A stretch of 42,199 nt of DNA from Candidatus Nanoarchaeia archaeon (GTDB taxonomy: Archaea; Nanobdellota; Nanobdellia; Woesearchaeales; DSVV01): positions 1-42,199 of the forward strand of contig JBMCCQ010000003.1 in assembly GCA_048618745.1 (NCBI GenBank). The letters are read 5' to 3'. Both the position numbers and the translations under genes were made by a program. Below the pieces are notes generated by a model. The model worked only from the letters and a program-made list of their open reading frames with translations. It was not told the origin of the DNA and did no database searches. Positions 1 to 9,808 of this stretch are shown here, in pieces (position 1 is the stretch's first letter; each line of letters opens with the position of its first letter).

Positions 1-143
1 GTTGATTTAAGGTAAACATATAGAAACTAAACTAATATTTAAAGTTTTCGGTCTTGCCCAGGTCAATGTGTAACCCTGCCCATATATTAATCAAAATCTT
101 TATATACAACCAATCCCCTAATTATTTAAAAAAGAGTGTTAAA

Positions 144-794
144 ATGGATATCCATATTCATATTGAAAAAAAGCATTTTGTAATTCTAATGGTTGCAATT
201 AGCTTCCTTGGGCTCTTTATGCTAGGTAATGCTGCTGATGTTAATATAAACGACGCCTGGCATCCACTCCAGCAGATTGCAAAGAGTGAGAGTGATACTA
301 CTTCTGTTGATGATAATCAAAATGATATTATTGATGAATCAGATAAATCCTACGGCCTTGATGCAACAAGCGATGTTGATATGAATAACTACCTTATAAG
401 CTCCCTTTCAGATCCAACAAATGCACAGGATGCGGCTACAAAAAATTATGTTGACAGTAACGACCCTGACCCGACTAACGAAATCCAAAATTTAAATAAT
501 GTATTAAGTGAAGGCAACTGGGCTGGCTACCAGCGTATAAGGGGTTTGTCTGACCCGACAAATGGCAGGGATGCGGCGACTAAAGATTATGTGGATAATA
601 ATGAAATAAGGGGATGTACATGGAGTGGTTGGAAGCCTGGTACAATTGAAGGAGTAGGTCCATGTTATAGTTGTGGGTGTGCGGATGAGAATTCTCAAAC
701 CCAATTATATTGCGATGATGGAGAGATTATTGATGTAAGGAATAGAGAATATTGTGCTGAATGCGATTTTTCATGCATTGGTACCCCGGGATAA
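144..794 (+). CDS. Secreted/surface protein with two 'LSDPTNxxDAATKxYVD' stalk-like repeats and a Cys-rich C-terminus
   Basis: Start chosen at ATG 144 (TTTATATA about 40 nt upstream). N-terminal hydrophobic helix; two DAATKxYVD motifs of the kind seen in trimeric adhesin/tail-fibre stalks; several Cys in the last ~60 aa. Confidence 0.6.
   Translation: MDIHIHIEKKHFVILMVAISFLGLFMLGNAADVNINDAWHPLQQIAKSESDTTSVDDNQNDIIDESDKSYGLDATSDVDMNNYLISSLSDPTNAQDAATKNYVDSNDPDPTNEIQNLNNVLSEGNWAGYQRIRGLSDPTNGRDAATKDYVDNNEIRGCTWSGWKPGTIEGVGPCYSCGCADENSQTQLYCDDGEIIDVRNREYCAECDFSCIGTPG
405..596 (+). repeat. Intragenic 17-codon repeat (405-455 and 546-596)
   Basis: LSDPTNAQDAATKNYVD vs LSDPTNGRDAATKDYVD. Confidence 0.85.
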
Positions 795-1174
795 TAGCAG
801 TTGTTGAGTTTAAAAAAGAAGAGTTTGTGGCAGTTATTGGTTTAGAAGAGCATAAAATAGGAGACAGAAATACTTATATTATTAATGAGAAACTTGAAAC
901 AACACCTGATCATCCATTCATGACTGAAGATGGCTGGAAGGTTACTAGTTCCGAAAGATTTGAAACGGCCAAAAAAGTTTCTGATTATTATCAAAACATA
1001 GAAGCAACTGAATTAAAAAAAGGAGATGTTTTAATAACTAAAGATGGAGAAGAAGTTGTTGAAACAATAGAAGAAAACTCTGAAAGGTCTTCTGAAGAAA
1101 CATTTTATACACTTATTCTTGAAAACGGAGAAGGATTTTATGCAGAGGATTATTTAGTTGCTGATGGTGAATAA
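761..1174 (+). pseudogene. N-terminally truncated Hint (intein-like) domain
   Basis: Block B-like 'LETTPDHPFMTEDGWK', 'ELKKGDVLIT' and a C-terminal 'FYTLILENGEGFYAEDYLVAD' resembling blocks F/G. No Cys1 block; terminal HN replaced by AD; overlaps the upstream stop in another frame. Confidence 0.6.
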
Positions 1175-1265
1175 GCAGATAATCGCATGGTTTGAGTTTT
1201 AAAAACAATAACATTTAAAAGGAGCCCTCTTTTCCTGATGGACATTATATTTAGGAGGTTTACAA

Positions 1266-1442
1266 ATGGCGGATAAAAAATACTTATGCTCATCTTGCAA
1301 AAAGGATATAACTAATGATATTGGCTCAACAAGGTTTAATTGCCCTGCATGCGGCAATGTTGAGATTGTAAGGTGCTATGACTGCAGAAAGCTGGGCACA
1401 AGATACAAGTGCCACGAATGCGGCTTTGAAGGTCCAAACTAG
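1266..1442 (+). CDS. Small Zn-ribbon protein (DUF1610/HVO_2753 family), missing from the ORF track
   Basis: Manual translation MADKKYLCSSCKKDITNDIGSTRFNCPACGNVEIVRCYDCRKLGTRYKCHECGFEGPN; four CxxC, C-terminal CGFEGP, AGGAGG upstream, usual position before EF-1beta. Confidence 0.9.
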   Translation: MADKKYLCSSCKKDITNDIGSTRFNCPACGNVEIVRCYDCRKLGTRYKCHECGFEGPN

Positions 1443-1448
1443 AGGTAA

Positions 1449-1733
1449 ATGAAAATGGCAGATGTAATAGTAACATTAAAGATTATGCCGGAGAGCCCGG
1501 AAGTTGATATGGAAAATCTAAAAGACAGCGCAACAGAAAAAATTGAGTCCTATGTGGGTGAGACAGAAACAAAGCATGAGATAGAGCCTGTGGCCTTTGG
1601 CCTTAAAGCCCTGAAGCTTATGTTTGTAATGAATGAGGATAAGGGCTCAACTGAAGAGCTTGAAAAAACAATTTCTGAGATTGAAGGCGTTAATTCTGTT
1701 GAAGTAACTGATGTTCGCAGAACAATTGGTTAA
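1449..1733 (+). CDS. ef1b: Archaeal translation elongation factor 1-beta
   Basis: 'KIMPESPEVD', 'EPVAFGLKAL', 'IEGVNSVEV' signature; the start may be ATG 1455. Confidence 0.95.
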   Translation: MKMADVIVTLKIMPESPEVDMENLKDSATEKIESYVGETETKHEIEPVAFGLKALKLMFVMNEDKGSTEELEKTISEIEGVNSVEVTDVRRTIG

Positions 1734-1829
1734 TTTTTTCTTATATATTTTCTGACTGAGGAGCCAATTCAAAAACTTTAAATATAGTAAAAACTATATT
1801 AATATAATAAAAATAGAACCTGTATAAAA

Positions 1830-3014
1830 ATGATGAACATTCATTTGTTATTCAGCCAATTGAAAAAGGCAGACCTGGAGTTGGACAATCTAAGCAGGAA
1901 AATATCATTTTATGCTATTAACCCCGTCAATACTGCCGAAGAAAAGGAAAAATTCTTTTCTGATGACTCCTACAATCCTCAGTTTTCCTACGCCCCCTAC
2001 ACTGAAGACCTTGAAAAATTAAGGCAGAAAATTGCCAATGTAAAAACCGACAACAGCCCTGTTGGAAAAATACTTGAACACATTAAACAAAACTACATTG
2101 ACAAAACCTATTTGCTTGAATACAGGGGGAATAATGAGCTATTTACCAAATATTCAGAAAGGGTTTATGGAAGTCCTGACCAGGCCTTGGTTTCAAAAGC
2201 ACGAGAGCTTATAAAAACCGAGTCAGAAAATGAAGAAAAGTATTACACCTCAAGAGAAGTTGTTAAGCGCTTCAGGGTGGCGTTTTTCAAATACGGCTTT
2301 CCCTGGGATGTGCGGGAAAAGGTGATGGTTTCAAATGCAGCTGTAAACGTTGCAAAAAAAGAAATCCTTATAAAAAAAGATGCAATGTTTTCAAGAGACT
2401 TTCTAAAAAGGCTCATTGTGCATGAGGTTGGAACACATGTTGCCCGGGCAGACAACGGCGAGAAACAGCCATATCTGTTTTTCAAAAGGGGCCTTCCGGG
2501 CTACTTAAAAATTGAAGAAGGCCTTGCTGTATTAAATGAAGAGCTGAACAACTGCTCCAACAACCACATTCTTAAAGTCTATGCCGGGCGTGTCATTGCA
2601 GTAGAGCTGGCACTAAAATCATCTTTCAGGCAAACCTATAATGAGCTAAAAAAACATTTTCCAGACAACACTGCATTCAGGCTCACATTGAGAGCAAAAC
2701 GCGGCCTTTCTGACACCTCTCTTCCCGGCGCCTGCACAAAGGACATCAACTATCTCAAAGGCTATCTTGAACTAAAGGACTATATTAAGGCAGGAGGAGA
2801 TTTAAGCAAGCTTTATTACGGTAAAATCGGACTTGAGCACATTGAGCTTCTTGATAAGATTCCCGGCCTGATAAACCCGGCATTTCTACCAGCATTCCGT
2901 CACATCAACTACCTTATCCATCATTTCTCATCATTTATGAAAACAATTATCCGCTTTCCCCTAACTCCTCTCAGAACAATTAACTCAGAGCTGTACCGAA
3001 GGCTTATCAGGTAA
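1830..3014 (+). CDS. DUF1704 (QEGLA-motif / MATCAP-like) metallopeptidase
   Basis: HExxxH 'HEVGTH', 'EEGLA', 'RAKRG', 'TKDINYLKG', 'LYYGKI'. Confidence 0.85.
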   Translation: MMNIHLLFSQLKKADLELDNLSRKISFYAINPVNTAEEKEKFFSDDSYNPQFSYAPYTEDLEKLRQKIANVKTDNSPVGKILEHIKQNYIDKTYLLEYRGNNELFTKYSERVYGSPDQALVSKARELIKTESENEEKYYTSREVVKRFRVAFFKYGFPWDVREKVMVSNAAVNVAKKEILIKKDAMFSRDFLKRLIVHEVGTHVARADNGEKQPYLFFKRGLPGYLKIEEGLAVLNEELNNCSNNHILKVYAGRVIAVELALKSSFRQTYNELKKHFPDNTAFRLTLRAKRGLSDTSLPGACTKDINYLKGYLELKDYIKAGGDLSKLYYGKIGLEHIELLDKIPGLINPAFLPAFRHINYLIHHFSSFMKTIIRFPLTPLRTINSELYRRLIR

Positions 3015-3017
3015 TTA

Positions 3018-4040
3018 TTAAGCAATTCCTCCAAAGACAGAGCCAATTATCTTTGAGAGCACAAGATATAATAATTGTGAAGAAACAATATAAAGCGGAA
3101 TATATTTTAATCCGCCCTTAATATTTCCTCTCTCGATTATTGATACAATTAGTGATGCAAAAAACGCAATTATTAAAAGAGAAACATGGGAAAAGGTATC
3201 AAATATTTCCTTATCAAGCTTAATTTCAGTAATATCCATCCCTATAGGGTTATCGCTTGAGCCAAGGGATGTAGCCAAAACATTTACAACACTTTTAATT
3301 ATCTCAAACAATCCTTTTGAAAGAGAAAACAAGGCAGGGGCAATAACCATTACAACAATTGAGATAAATATTACATACCCTAAAACAGAAGCCGAAATTT
3401 CTTCTTTTAGCTCTTTAGTTTTTTCAAAGTTCTCAATAATCTTATCAATTATCGGTGCAACAGAGCCACCCTCCTGGAGCTCGCCTACTAAAAGGTCAAT
3501 TGAGCGCTTAAGCATGGGTGAGTCATATTTATCAGAAAACTCCATTAATGCATTTTCAATATCATGTCCAGTCATTACCTTTTTCGCAGCAATTCCTATC
3601 TCGTTTGCAAGAATCCCAAATTCAGGCTTGATAGCTCCCCACATTGCCTTATCAAAGGGCAGCCCACCTTTAAGGTTTGATGAGAGAACCTCAAAAAAAT
3701 GAGGAAGCACCTCTTCAAGCTGTTTTGTCCGCTGGTATATCTTAATGTCAAGGAAAAAATAAATTGCCAAAACAGTTATACCAACAAGTGCAAAAGTTAA
3801 AAGAACTATTGTGATAAAGGCTACAAGCCCGGAGAGCATGGGTGAGACATCCTGCAGTAGCGGCAGGATATAAACCAGATAGATAAAGAGAGAAAAACCA
3901 AAGCACAGGTAAAACATAAGCCCGAAAAATGAGTATGGCTCATTGTTTATGCCTGCCTTTAACAAATATTTTCTCAGGTTAGGCCTTAGTCTTTTAGGTA
4001 CAAATGCTCTTCCGAATTCGTAAGTGAATGGGATATTCAT
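3018..4040 (-). CDS. Type IV pilus platform membrane protein (T2SSF; TadC/FlaJ-like)
   Basis: Multiple TM helices; 'LPHFFEVLSSNLKGGLPFDKA...PEFGILANE' T2SSF pattern; in an operon with the ATPase. Confidence 0.85.
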   Translation of the reverse strand: MNIPFTYEFGRAFVPKRLRPNLRKYLLKAGINNEPYSFFGLMFYLCFGFSLFIYLVYILPLLQDVSPMLSGLVAFITIVLLTFALVGITVLAIYFFLDIKIYQRTKQLEEVLPHFFEVLSSNLKGGLPFDKAMWGAIKPEFGILANEIGIAAKKVMTGHDIENALMEFSDKYDSPMLKRSIDLLVGELQEGGSVAPIIDKIIENFEKTKELKEEISASVLGYVIFISIVVMVIAPALFSLSKGLFEIIKSVVNVLATSLGSSDNPIGMDITEIKLDKEIFDTFSHVSLLIIAFFASLIVSIIERGNIKGGLKYIPLYIVSSQLLYLVLSKIIGSVFGGIA

Positions 4041-4873
4041 TAAATGTTCACCGCCTTTCTGGAGCTTTTAAACACAGTAATAAAGATAAACTGGATTATA
4101 AACAAAAGTATCCATATACCGTAAAACAAGGCGCTTGCACTGCTTTGATCACTTAACAGCCCTACAAGCGAGCCGATAACCGTAATAATTGCCGCACCCA
4201 GTGAGGGAATTACAATTGCAACCACCATGTAAAATAATGAAAGGGTATTAAGCTTTTTACTGTATCTTTTAATCTCATTTAACTGGTCTTTTGCTATTTC
4301 GTCAAGCTTTCTGTCAAGGGATTGTGTCACATCAACGCCAATTTTAAGCGAGTTATTTATCTGGAACAGGATTTTCTTGAATTTTTCAGACGGAGTGTAC
4401 TTCATTGCGTTTTCAAGGGCCTGCTCAATTGAGCTTCCCATGTTGATTTCATCCACAATTTCCTTAAAGTATTTCCCTGCAACGCCGTATCCTTTTGAAG
4501 CTTCAATAAGGCAATTAAGAAGTGGTTTTCCTGAATAAAGCTTTACCAGAAGAAACCTTCCTGCAAACAACACCTCTTTGTCAAGGTCTCTTTGCCTTTT
4601 TTTTATAGTTGTTAAGGGTGATTTTATTACCACAAAAAATGAGACAAACGATGATATTAATAGTATAGGCAGCAATAATATAAGATTAATTCCGGCCACG
4701 CTGAACATAAAAAAGAAAAACACAGTTATTCCAATGCCAATAAAAAAAGCGCCGTTTAAAGCTTTTTTTACAAACGCTTCGGGCGTGTCTTTTAGATGTG
4801 CAATCCTAAGCTCGGTGGGCAAATTAGGAAATAATTTTGCTGTGGCTCTTATTAAATCAACAATTATTACCAC
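4040..4873 (-). CDS. Second type IV pilus platform protein (T2SSF; TadB/TadC-like)
   Basis: TM helices and 'FKEIVDEINMGSSIEQALE'; adjacent to the ATPase. Confidence 0.85.
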   Translation of the reverse strand: MVIIVDLIRATAKLFPNLPTELRIAHLKDTPEAFVKKALNGAFFIGIGITVFFFFMFSVAGINLILLLPILLISSFVSFFVVIKSPLTTIKKRQRDLDKEVLFAGRFLLVKLYSGKPLLNCLIEASKGYGVAGKYFKEIVDEINMGSSIEQALENAMKYTPSEKFKKILFQINNSLKIGVDVTQSLDRKLDEIAKDQLNEIKRYSKKLNTLSLFYMVVAIVIPSLGAAIITVIGSLVGLLSDQSSASALFYGIWILLFIIQFIFITVFKSSRKAVNI

Positions 4874-4876
4874 CCG

Positions 4877-6376
4877 TCAGGATTTATTATCTTCAAGCTC
4901 AAGGCGCCCCCTGTAAAACTTTGAAAAAATGAGCCCTATTCTTTGAAGGGATTCAATATCATTTTCAACCAGCCACTCAATAATTTTTTTCCTTTTGTCA
5001 ATTTCTTTTTCCAGCTGCTCTTCTGAGATCCCTGCATATAGGTTAAGAAGCTTATTTATAACCTTAAACTCCCCCACTTTTTTTACTTTGCTTTCTGCAA
5101 CATCAAACCTGTACACCGTATTAACATCTCCTTGTGATGTGACTTCGGCAAACTCAAACATTCTTCTTGTGTTATCTTTTCTGTTCCTGTTTTGAACCAG
5201 TATGACATTTAGCGCCCCCAGAAGGTTTTTTGGAAGGTCAATGGGAGGGTTGCTCAGTCTGCTTATTACCTCCTCGGCAGTATTTGCGTGAAATGTCCCG
5301 TATACACTATGGCCTGTATGCATGGCTTCAAATAAAACCTCTGCCTCTTCCTTTCTCCTGATTTCACCCATAATTATCCTGTCTGGCCTCATTCTCAGCG
5401 AATTCATCACGAGGTCAAGCATTGTCACGCCGCCCTTTCCTTCAGGGTTAGGTGAGCGCGTTGCCATGGGCACCCAGTGAAGCTGTGGCGGAAGCTGAAG
5501 CTCTCTTGTATCCTCGATAGAAATAATTCTTTGGTTAGCAGGGATAAAGCCTGAAACAGTGTTTAGCATAGAAGTCTTACCAGAGCCTGTTCCCCCGGCA
5601 ATTATTATTGACAATTCATACTCTATGCACAGCCATAAAAGTGCTGCTGTATAATAATCAACAGTCTTATTCTTAATCATCCTCGTGATATTCCACGGCA
5701 CAGAAGAGAATTTCCTTATTGTTAGCGTGTTGCCTTTAGTTGAAATGGGGGAAAACGTTGCATTAACCCTGTCTCCTGTTAAAAGATGTGCATCCAGAAG
5801 CGGATTGAGGTTTGTAATCTCTTTTGAGACATCCCTTGCAATCATTGTTGAAAAATGCTTAATCCTTCCTTCTGTTGGGACTACAATGTTTGTTTTCATC
5901 CACCCGTGAGTCCTGTGGTAAAGCCAAACCGGCTCCTGAGAATTGTTTACAACAATTTCTTCAACCATGCTGTCTTTTAATAAAATTTCAAGATAACCAA
6001 GGCCAAGGTTTTGCTCAATTACATAATTCATAAGCATTTCATGGGTCTTCTCATCAGCATTAGGAAAATATTTTGTCAAAAGAACCATTATCTCTTTTCT
6101 GAATTCTTCTTTGAGCTGCTCTACCCCACCACCCTCACTAATCTCAATTGCTCCTATTCCAACCTGGCTGATAAACTCCTCTCTTATCTTTTCAAGAATA
6201 ACCTTGGTGGTTTTTGTCATATTTGTAATGTTTACTTCATAAACTGGTACAGGGTCTACTGCCCTGAAAAAAATGTTTACATCAATAAGTGTATTGTTTA
6301 CATTAAGTTTATATGAATCAAGCCATTCATCAGAAATATCTTTTTCTTTAATCTCCACTTTGGATGATTTTTTCAT
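4877..6376 (-). CDS. Type II/IV secretion ATPase (CpaF/TadA/FlaI-like)
   Basis: Walker A GGTGSGKT, Asp box 'SIEDTREL', 'LRMRPDRIIMGEIR', His box 'TGHSVYGTFHA'. Confidence 0.95.
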   Translation of the reverse strand: MKKSSKVEIKEKDISDEWLDSYKLNVNNTLIDVNIFFRAVDPVPVYEVNITNMTKTTKVILEKIREEFISQVGIGAIEISEGGGVEQLKEEFRKEIMVLLTKYFPNADEKTHEMLMNYVIEQNLGLGYLEILLKDSMVEEIVVNNSQEPVWLYHRTHGWMKTNIVVPTEGRIKHFSTMIARDVSKEITNLNPLLDAHLLTGDRVNATFSPISTKGNTLTIRKFSSVPWNITRMIKNKTVDYYTAALLWLCIEYELSIIIAGGTGSGKTSMLNTVSGFIPANQRIISIEDTRELQLPPQLHWVPMATRSPNPEGKGGVTMLDLVMNSLRMRPDRIIMGEIRRKEEAEVLFEAMHTGHSVYGTFHANTAEEVISRLSNPPIDLPKNLLGALNVILVQNRNRKDNTRRMFEFAEVTSQGDVNTVYRFDVAESKVKKVGEFKVINKLLNLYAGISEEQLEKEIDKRKKIIEWLVENDIESLQRIGLIFSKFYRGRLELEDNKS

Positions 6377-6385
6377 ACTCTGCCT

Positions 6386-7801
6386 CTATTCGTTCTTTTT
6401 TAGGAGCTTACTAAAAAGCCCACCTTTTTTTTTCTCCGAAGCCCCCTGATTATTCTCTTCAGATTGCTCTTTTTCAAAATACTCCTGCGCCATTTCCCTG
6501 CCGCTTGAGTTATTGTCTTCTTCCCAATTACTCCCCTGGTTTCCTTCCTCATTTGGAGGAGGAGGCATGCTGTCTTGTCCCTGAGAGTATTGTTCAGAAG
6601 CTGTTTCATATTGCTCTTGTGTTTCCTGATTAATAGACAGGTTTTGCTGCTCATTTTGGTATTGCTCTTCTTGCTCATTAGGCTGGTACTGTTCCCCATT
6701 AGAGTATTGCCCCTCATTTGGTGAGGGCATCTCGTTTTGAGAGTACTGCTCCCCGCTATTTGTGCCAGTACCTTGTGTATATTGCTGGCTCTCCTGCTCA
6801 TTGGGGGGAGGTGACGGCATTTGGCTTTCCTCAAATTGCTGTTGCATATTCTCTTGCGCATTTTCATTTAGGGGTTGTTGCTCCTCTTGATATTGCTGCT
6901 GTGTGTATTGCTCTTGCGTTTCCTGTTCATTGGAGGGAGGTGGTGGCATCTGCCCAGGCAAATCCTGTTGCTGGTTTCCCCACGACATCTGTGGTTGTTG
7001 CTGTGACTGCTCTGAAGCGAGCACCTGGTTTGCATATCCCTGCTGCTGCTCAAGCATTTGCTGAACCAGTGCATTAGTCTCCCCGCTCAATGAAGAGCTT
7101 CTGAAAAGCTTTAATATGTCATTATATAAAATTGCCTTTTCATATATGTGGCCTTCAGGAAGTTGCTGAAAGAGCTTGTTAATTTTTTCATAAGTATCAG
7201 TAGGCAGCTGTCCGTTATGGGTTTTCAGGTGTTGGTAGGCATTGTAAATCTCCTGTAAAATCACATTCTTTTTTTGCCTGAAGTCGTTGTCAGATTGCTG
7301 CTGCAGCCTGGGAAATAATGCAGCCGAAAAACTAAGTAATTCATAATTAATCCTGTTTTTCTCTTCAGAAAATATATCAGACATATTTTTTATGATCTCG
7401 TTAATCTCAATGTAGAGTTTGTATGCTGTCTGGTACTCTCCCTGGTTGAACCTGTTTGTCGCATCACTATGGAGTTTTCTTATCATCTGCTGTCTCTTGT
7501 CAAATTCTCCTCTCTGATTGTCAATTCTTTTAATTATTTCCTGGTTGATTCTTATAAGTTCATTGAAAATATACCTGTTTTCACTAAGCTGCTTTTTGGT
7601 CATGTCAGTGTATCTTGATTTGAGGTAATCAAACTCCTGAAGAGCGCTTGTAAGATTATTTTCTTTTAGCTGTTTTCTTACAGCTTCAAGCTGGTCAAAC
7701 AAATTCTCATTATCATGCTTTTGTGGGGCCTCCTTATCCATTATCTGGGCTTTGCCCCCCATGCTTTTTGCTTCTTTTTCCAAAAATTCATCAATATCCA
7801 T
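6386..7801 (-). CDS. Helical protein with a long Gln/Glu/Pro-rich repetitive tail
   Basis: 471-aa ORF in the pilus operon; repeated MP(P/S)PPxNE units; basic amphipathic C-terminus. Confidence 0.75.
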   Translation of the reverse strand: MDIDEFLEKEAKSMGGKAQIMDKEAPQKHDNENLFDQLEAVRKQLKENNLTSALQEFDYLKSRYTDMTKKQLSENRYIFNELIRINQEIIKRIDNQRGEFDKRQQMIRKLHSDATNRFNQGEYQTAYKLYIEINEIIKNMSDIFSEEKNRINYELLSFSAALFPRLQQQSDNDFRQKKNVILQEIYNAYQHLKTHNGQLPTDTYEKINKLFQQLPEGHIYEKAILYNDILKLFRSSSLSGETNALVQQMLEQQQGYANQVLASEQSQQQPQMSWGNQQQDLPGQMPPPPSNEQETQEQYTQQQYQEEQQPLNENAQENMQQQFEESQMPSPPPNEQESQQYTQGTGTNSGEQYSQNEMPSPNEGQYSNGEQYQPNEQEEQYQNEQQNLSINQETQEQYETASEQYSQGQDSMPPPPNEEGNQGSNWEEDNNSSGREMAQEYFEKEQSEENNQGASEKKKGGLFSKLLKKNE

Positions 7802-7802
7802 T

Positions 7803-8255
7803 TTAGTCCACCTTCAGGCTGTGGTAATATTTTTTCCAAAGCTCCTCAATTTTTTTATCAGACAATCCCCTTTCTTTTGCTTTTTTCTTAAAAACTGATT
7901 TTATCTTATTTTCATTTTTATCCAGATACTTAAGCCAGGCAACCTTTATCTGATGCTCAGGGATCTTTTTTGCCTTCGCCTTTTCATAAAAGCTTTCTTT
8001 AGTCTCAAATTCCGAAAGCTCACTGCTTCCTGAGTCTCCAGTGTTAATGTATACATAAGGTGTTGTGAATTTGTACTCAATCCCAAGAATCTTTTCCTCA
8101 ACAAGGAAATCTGACCAGTCCTCAATAGTTCTTTTTGAAACACCAAGGGACTTTGCAGCCTCCTCAATTGAGACTTTACCCTTCTCCTTTACAAACTCAA
8201 TAAATTCATCTACGTCGGTCTTTAGAATATCCTGCTCCATATACAGATTTTTCAA
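7803..8255 (-). CDS. Hypothetical protein with an N-terminal winged HTH
   Basis: 'TDVDEFIEFVKEKGKVSIEEAAKSLGVSKRTIEDWSDFLVEEKIL' HTH pattern. Confidence 0.7.
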   Translation of the reverse strand: MKNLYMEQDILKTDVDEFIEFVKEKGKVSIEEAAKSLGVSKRTIEDWSDFLVEEKILGIEYKFTTPYVYINTGDSGSSELSEFETKESFYEKAKAKKIPEHQIKVAWLKYLDKNENKIKSVFKKKAKERGLSDKKIEELWKKYYHSLKVD

Positions 8256-8315
8256 TTAACGACATATTTAAATTTTTATTACTAATATAAAGTAAGAACA
8301 CTATGTTTTCCACTT

Positions 8316-9290
8316 TTATTTCGGCTCGCAGTATGGGTCTGGAGGTGGATAATTCCATGTGTCTGACATATTTAAGCCATATATGTTCATGTACTCGCTG
8401 TCAAGCTTAAAGCCTAAAGATTCAGGTTGCTCACTTAACCAGGTGAAATTGTACAATGGGTAATATCCGTTTGTACAGCTTCTCTCCCCGCTCCAGAACA
8501 AATGATCAACCCAGCTTCTCTTTTCATGTGCTGATGTTGTAATCATTGTTGAATTTATCAACGACTCTATTCCGCAGCATGCTGACTCATCATAATTCTC
8601 TTCAATTCTCATAATAAAGCTTGGCGCAAGCTCCACATGCCTGTATGTCCTGTTAATCAGCATATCGTAGGTGGCGCTCATGTTATAATCATAGCGTCTG
8701 CTTGTTTCAATATAATTTGTATAGCCGTATCTCAGGTATAGGGGGTCTTCATATTCAATAATTGCAAATGTTGAATTAACAGTTCTCCTGGAGTCATAGC
8801 TCAGATTCCCCTTTGTGGCATTTATAATAATATCAGCATATGTGGTTATCTCCCATGGGTTGTGTTGCGTAATCCTGGGGTTGACTATTTCAATATCTGC
8901 CTGTATTCCAAGAAACCGAGCCCCTTCATCTTCTATATCATTTGAGAGGGCATTAAGTGTACTCCCCCCCATTTTTGGTGCATCCGACCCATAAATAGTT
9001 GCATGGGTTACAAGCTCCTCAAAAGCATTCTGAGTATCTGAAATATCTCCTCCATTTTCAAGATATTCAAGCATTGCCTCCACTGCATGTACAGACTGCA
9101 TATGCAAAGCATGCTTTGCATAATTTTCCGTGGTGCTTTTATAGAGATGTAGTATTGTGTATTCAGATTCAGCCACATCAAATGCCTTAATGTTTACCAG
9201 TTGATGTGTGCCCGTGAATGCCACTAGCATAAGGGTAATAATACTCATGGCCATTAATGTAAAAAACATGCCCTTTTTAGCTAGCGCCAT
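8316..9290 (-). CDS. Large pilin-like protein with a class III signal peptide
   Basis: Start ATG 9290 gives MALAKKG|MFFTLMA followed by a hydrophobic helix. Confidence 0.7.
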   Translation of the reverse strand: MALAKKGMFFTLMAMSIITLMLVAFTGTHQLVNIKAFDVAESEYTILHLYKSTTENYAKHALHMQSVHAVEAMLEYLENGGDISDTQNAFEELVTHATIYGSDAPKMGGSTLNALSNDIEDEGARFLGIQADIEIVNPRITQHNPWEITTYADIIINATKGNLSYDSRRTVNSTFAIIEYEDPLYLRYGYTNYIETSRRYDYNMSATYDMLINRTYRHVELAPSFIMRIEENYDESACCGIESLINSTMITTSAHEKRSWVDHLFWSGERSCTNGYYPLYNFTWLSEQPESLGFKLDSEYMNIYGLNMSDTWNYPPPDPYCEPK

Positions 9291-9808
9291 GTTCTTACCT
9301 CCACCCTGTAAGGCCCCCATAATTCTGTTTCATTATAAATTCCGCTGATAACTGTTTTAGAAGGTATTAACACTGTTCCCTCGTCCTGGGGTTTGCGGGT
9401 TTCATTGTAAATAAGCTCTTCTTCAATATAAAATGCATAACTATACCCTTGGGCAAGAAAGTCGCCTGAAACATCTGAGAGGCTGTTTCTTATAAGCTGC
9501 TTGCAAAAATAACAACTTTTGTTTTCTGCCCTGTAATAAAACTCTCCCAGCTGAACCAGCAGCCTGTTGTCAATGTTTGTGATGTTTTCATCCTTATGGA
9601 GCTGCCTCTTTGGCCCCAGATATTCACTGTTTATATCCTTTATCCTGTGAGTATACAAAAATTCCATAATGTTGTTTGATAAAAACGAAACCTGTCGTTC
9701 AGGAGTTTCATAGTTGAAAAAAGATAGAGCAAGGACTATTCCCAATACAAGTACAAAAAGTGCAATAACCGCATCCACCACAAAAAAATATCCCTTTTTA
9801 TATCGCAT
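9281..9808 (-). CDS. Minor pilin-like protein with a class III signal peptide
   Basis: MRYKKG|YFFVVDAVIAL plus hydrophobic helix; C-terminal 'WGPYRVEVRTW'. Confidence 0.75.
   Translation of the reverse strand: MRYKKGYFFVVDAVIALFVLVLGIVLALSFFNYETPERQVSFLSNNIMEFLYTHRIKDINSEYLGPKRQLHKDENITNIDNRLLVQLGEFYYRAENKSCYFCKQLIRNSLSDVSGDFLAQGYSYAFYIEEELIYNETRKPQDEGTVLIPSKTVISGIYNETELWGPYRVEVRTWR

Noticed and set aside
6400-7074. Alternative-frame ORFs inside the Gln-rich gene
   Set aside because: Low-complexity CAG/CAA sequence lacks stops in other frames; no independent coding signal.
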